From: a virus
Reading direction: 5' to 3' (one strand)
DNA: 64,000 nucleotides
Virus record (IMG/VR): IMGVR_UViG_3300035695_000003
Coordinates: 4,406-68,405 of that record
The translations under genes and the position numbers were made by a program. The notes under the pieces are model-generated. The model was not told where the DNA came from and did no database searches. It saw only the letters and a list, made by a program, of their open reading frames with translations. Every line of letters starts with the position of its first letter. Position 1 is the stretch's first letter. Shown one piece after another: positions 62,075 to 64,000 of the stretch.

Positions 62075-62572
62075 TCAAGTCCAGTCTCTCACACGACGTC
62101 TCGTCGCTAATATGATGTTGAAGTGAGTGAACCACGTCTCGATCGCGTTCACCATCGTCAGCTCCCAATGATGGATCGCGAACGGCATCCCAACGCGCTG
62201 TTCCATCAGATTGCACCGCACGCACAACACGGCTACGCAGTCGTCGGTCGCGTGGTCGTGATGAATGACGAGTCGTCCCCAATGTCCGTCGACCGGTTCG
62301 TCGCCGCATCCCTGGCATGCTCCGACCAAGCGCTTCACGAGCCACGCGACATGTGGCCTGAGACTACTGTACGACGCATGCGGTTTCGCCGATGCGAGCA
62401 ACGCGTCGAGTTCTTTTCCGAGCGTCCAGTCTGGAGGCACGATGCCATAATCGTCGGCCAGACCGACGCCGCTCACGGGCTCCTCGGATCTAATATCTTG
62501 CGAGCCGCCCAGCTTGCCAGACGTTCGAGGCGCGTCTTTTCCGGCCAAGGAACGTCGTGCGGCACGCTCCAT
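62075..62572 (-). CDS. endonuclease VII-family (His-Me finger) recombination endonuclease
   Basis: ..CQGCGDEP..RLVIHHDHATDDCVAVLCVRCNLMEQR.. (endo VII signature: C-x2-C, HHDH, LC-x2-CN). Start uncertain. Confidence 0.65.
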   Translation of the reverse strand: MERAARRSLAGKDAPRTSGKLGGSQDIRSEEPVSGVGLADDYGIVPPDWTLGKELDALLASAKPHASYSSLRPHVAWLVKRLVGACQGCGDEPVDGHWGRLVIHHDHATDDCVAVLCVRCNLMEQRVGMPFAIHHWELTMVNAIETWFTHFNIILATRRRVRDWT

Positions 62573-62642
62573 TGGACGCGTGCCCAGCGGAGCGCACGAT
62601 GGTAGTTGGACCAGAGCGCCATTCTCTCTGCCAAGGCGCGAA

Positions 62643-63410
62643 TCATGCCTTCCTCAGGTGCCAGCAGTTGTTCCGGCACGCGTCCGGGTATAGCGGCGCC
62701 AGGAACGTGCAGAGCACGTCGTAGGAGTAGTAGGCCGAGAGCTCCGCCATCAGCGCGCGCTGCTCCTCGGTGGCCGCCTTCTTGAGGGCCGGGATGTTCC
62801 CGAACGTCCCGAAGCGGCGCACCACCCGCCAGCCGCCTTCGGCGAAGAGGTCCGCCAGCTCCTGGACCTCGAACTCGTGGATGTGGTTCCGCGCCCGCGC
62901 CTTGCCGTCGTAGACGGGTGTCGAGACGAGGAAGTCGATCCCCTCGTCGGCGACCCGCGCGACGTTCTTGACGAGCCTGAGCGCGCTCGCGGGCTGCATG
63001 TGCTCGACGACCTCGAAGCAGGTCGCGAGCTGGAACGGCCCGAACGGCTGCACCTTCGCGAAGCCCTCCTCCGAGGTGAAGTCCGTCTCGTCGAGGATCT
63101 TCACGCGGTCGATGTCGGGCTTGTCCTTGATCTTGTTCAGGTCGACCCCGACGTACTGGACCGGGAGCCGAGACTGGTACGGCGTGCCCACGAGCACCTT
63201 CATCAGGGGCAGCTCGGGCCCGCAGCCCACGTCCAGGACGTTCTGGCCGCCCGGCGCGAAGCGGCTGGCGAAGCCCCAGCGGAAGTAGTGCGCCGCGTAG
63301 TCGCGATGCACCCACTTCCCGTGGACCCGCTCGTGCAGGCTCGTCTTGTCGAAGTCGCGCTCGCCGCGCTCGTCTGCGCCGCGGCGGATCGGCTGAGCAC
63401 TCGTCGTCAT
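62643..63410 (-). CDS. class I SAM-dependent methyltransferase
   Basis: MTTSAQPIRR..; motif I VLDVGCGPE, post-I ..VGVDLN.., ..CFEVVEHM... Confidence 0.7.
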   Translation of the reverse strand: MTTSAQPIRRGADERGERDFDKTSLHERVHGKWVHRDYAAHYFRWGFASRFAPGGQNVLDVGCGPELPLMKVLVGTPYQSRLPVQYVGVDLNKIKDKPDIDRVKILDETDFTSEEGFAKVQPFGPFQLATCFEVVEHMQPASALRLVKNVARVADEGIDFLVSTPVYDGKARARNHIHEFEVQELADLFAEGGWRVVRRFGTFGNIPALKKAATEEQRALMAELSAYYSYDVLCTFLAPLYPDACRNNCWHLRKA

Positions 63411-63661
63411 CGTCCCCCCTCCGGTTGATCGTCGCTCTGCGCGGGCCGCGCGTCGACGAACCGCAGCAGCCGCGCGCTCTTGCACCAGGTCACGGTCGTG
63501 CCGTCCGGCACCGCGACCGCGTGGTTCCCGAACAGGATCACCTGCGTCTGCAACGGCCGGCACGTCGGCGCCGTAACCGACACGATCATCGTCCCGGCGA
63601 GGAACCCTGCCAGCGCCGTGATGAAGCCGAGGGCGAACGCCCCACGATCTTTGTCGTTCAC
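63407..63661 (-). CDS. small membrane protein
   Basis: GTGA-coupled; ..GAFALGFITALAGFLAGTMIVSV.. Confidence 0.4.
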   Translation of the reverse strand: MNDKDRGAFALGFITALAGFLAGTMIVSVTAPTCRPLQTQVILFGNHAVAVPDGTTVTWCKSARLLRFVDARPAQSDDQPEGGR

Positions 63662-64000
63662 GGCGCGTACCGTTTCCGGACGAACTCGCACGCGGCGATC
63701 GTGTCCGTGAAGACGGCGCGGGCGAGGCCCGCGAGGAACCCGTCCACGCGCTTGGCCGTGCAGACGAAGATCACGGGCACGCCGCGCGCGACGGCGTAGC
63801 CGACCTCGGCCGCCATGCCGTAGACGAAGGGGTAATCGTCCTGATACGCGATCACGACGTCGGCCGCGTCGATCGCCTGCAGGTCCGCGCCGACGTAGCA
63901 GCCCGGGATGTCCTTGGGGCCGATGAACGACGGCTTTTCCGGGTCCGCGATCTTGTACGACTTGCCGAGGCAGGCGACGACGTCTTTCTTCCACGTCCCG
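63658..64000 (-). CDS. second nucleoside 2-deoxyribosyltransferase-like protein; its 5' end runs off the window (partial)
   Basis: ..IGPKDIPGCYVGADLQAIDAADVVIAYQDDYPFVYGMAAEVGYAVARGVPVIFVC..; no start codon before position 64000. Confidence 0.5.
   Translation of the reverse strand, partial: GTWKKDVVACLGKSYKIADPEKPSFIGPKDIPGCYVGADLQAIDAADVVIAYQDDYPFVYGMAAEVGYAVARGVPVIFVCTAKRVDGFLAGLARAVFTDTIAACEFVRKRYAP

Noticed and set aside
1-64000. CRISPR arrays, rRNA genes, IS elements, integrase
   Set aside because: No regularly spaced short direct repeats with unique spacers, no rRNA-like conserved stretches, no transposase or tyrosine/serine recombinase motifs were seen in any frame.

Overview
The window is ~70% GC and reads as a contiguous piece of a tailed dsDNA phage or prophage genome. 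It is tightly packed, with many ATGA/GTGA stop-start overlaps, and GGAG-type Shine-Dalgarno sites sit 5-9 nt before most starts. Many of the long ORFs in the supplied track are antisense artefacts of the high GC content. I chose genes by non-low-complexity composition, motifs, SD sites and translational coupling; starts are best estimates and may be off by a few codons.

Organisation:
- 1-28404: about 60 leftward (minus-strand) early genes for DNA metabolism, recombination and nucleotide functions. These include a truncated C5-cytosine DNA methyltransferase, an SNF2 helicase, an SbcD-like phosphoesterase, PD-(D/E)XK nucleases, a primase-polymerase/helicase, a peptide deformylase, a nucleoside 2-deoxyribosyltransferase-like protein, a gamma-glutamyl cyclotransferase (GGCT), a class-II glutamine amidotransferase (GATase-II) and an amidoligase. 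Embedded in this arm is a lysis-like cassette (holin-like protein, spanin-like protein, SleB-family hydrolase) carrying a tRNA-Tyr gene.
- 28405-28956: AT-richer divergent control region.
- 28957-58398: rightward (plus-strand) structural/late module, including large terminase, portal, scaffold, major capsid protein, tail genes, a tail-assembly chaperone with a -1 frameshift, tape measure and fibres.
- 58446-64000: a second leftward arm with family-A DNA polymerase, endonuclease VII, a SAM methyltransferase and a second deoxyribosyltransferase-like gene that runs off the window.

Most notable observations:
1. Two canonical type II hammerhead ribozymes on the minus strand, in consecutive intergenic spacers flanking one gene.
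2. An amidoligase/GATase-II/GGCT enzyme triad. It is tied together by a previously unnoticed ~45-aa repeat domain and 11-bp-phased GTAAC iterons.
3. A fragment resembling the tRNA-Tyr 3' end (candidate attP core) inside a palindrome-dense regulatory island.
4. A conserved bipartite motif upstream of the rightward operons.

No integrase, CRISPR array or rRNA was found.
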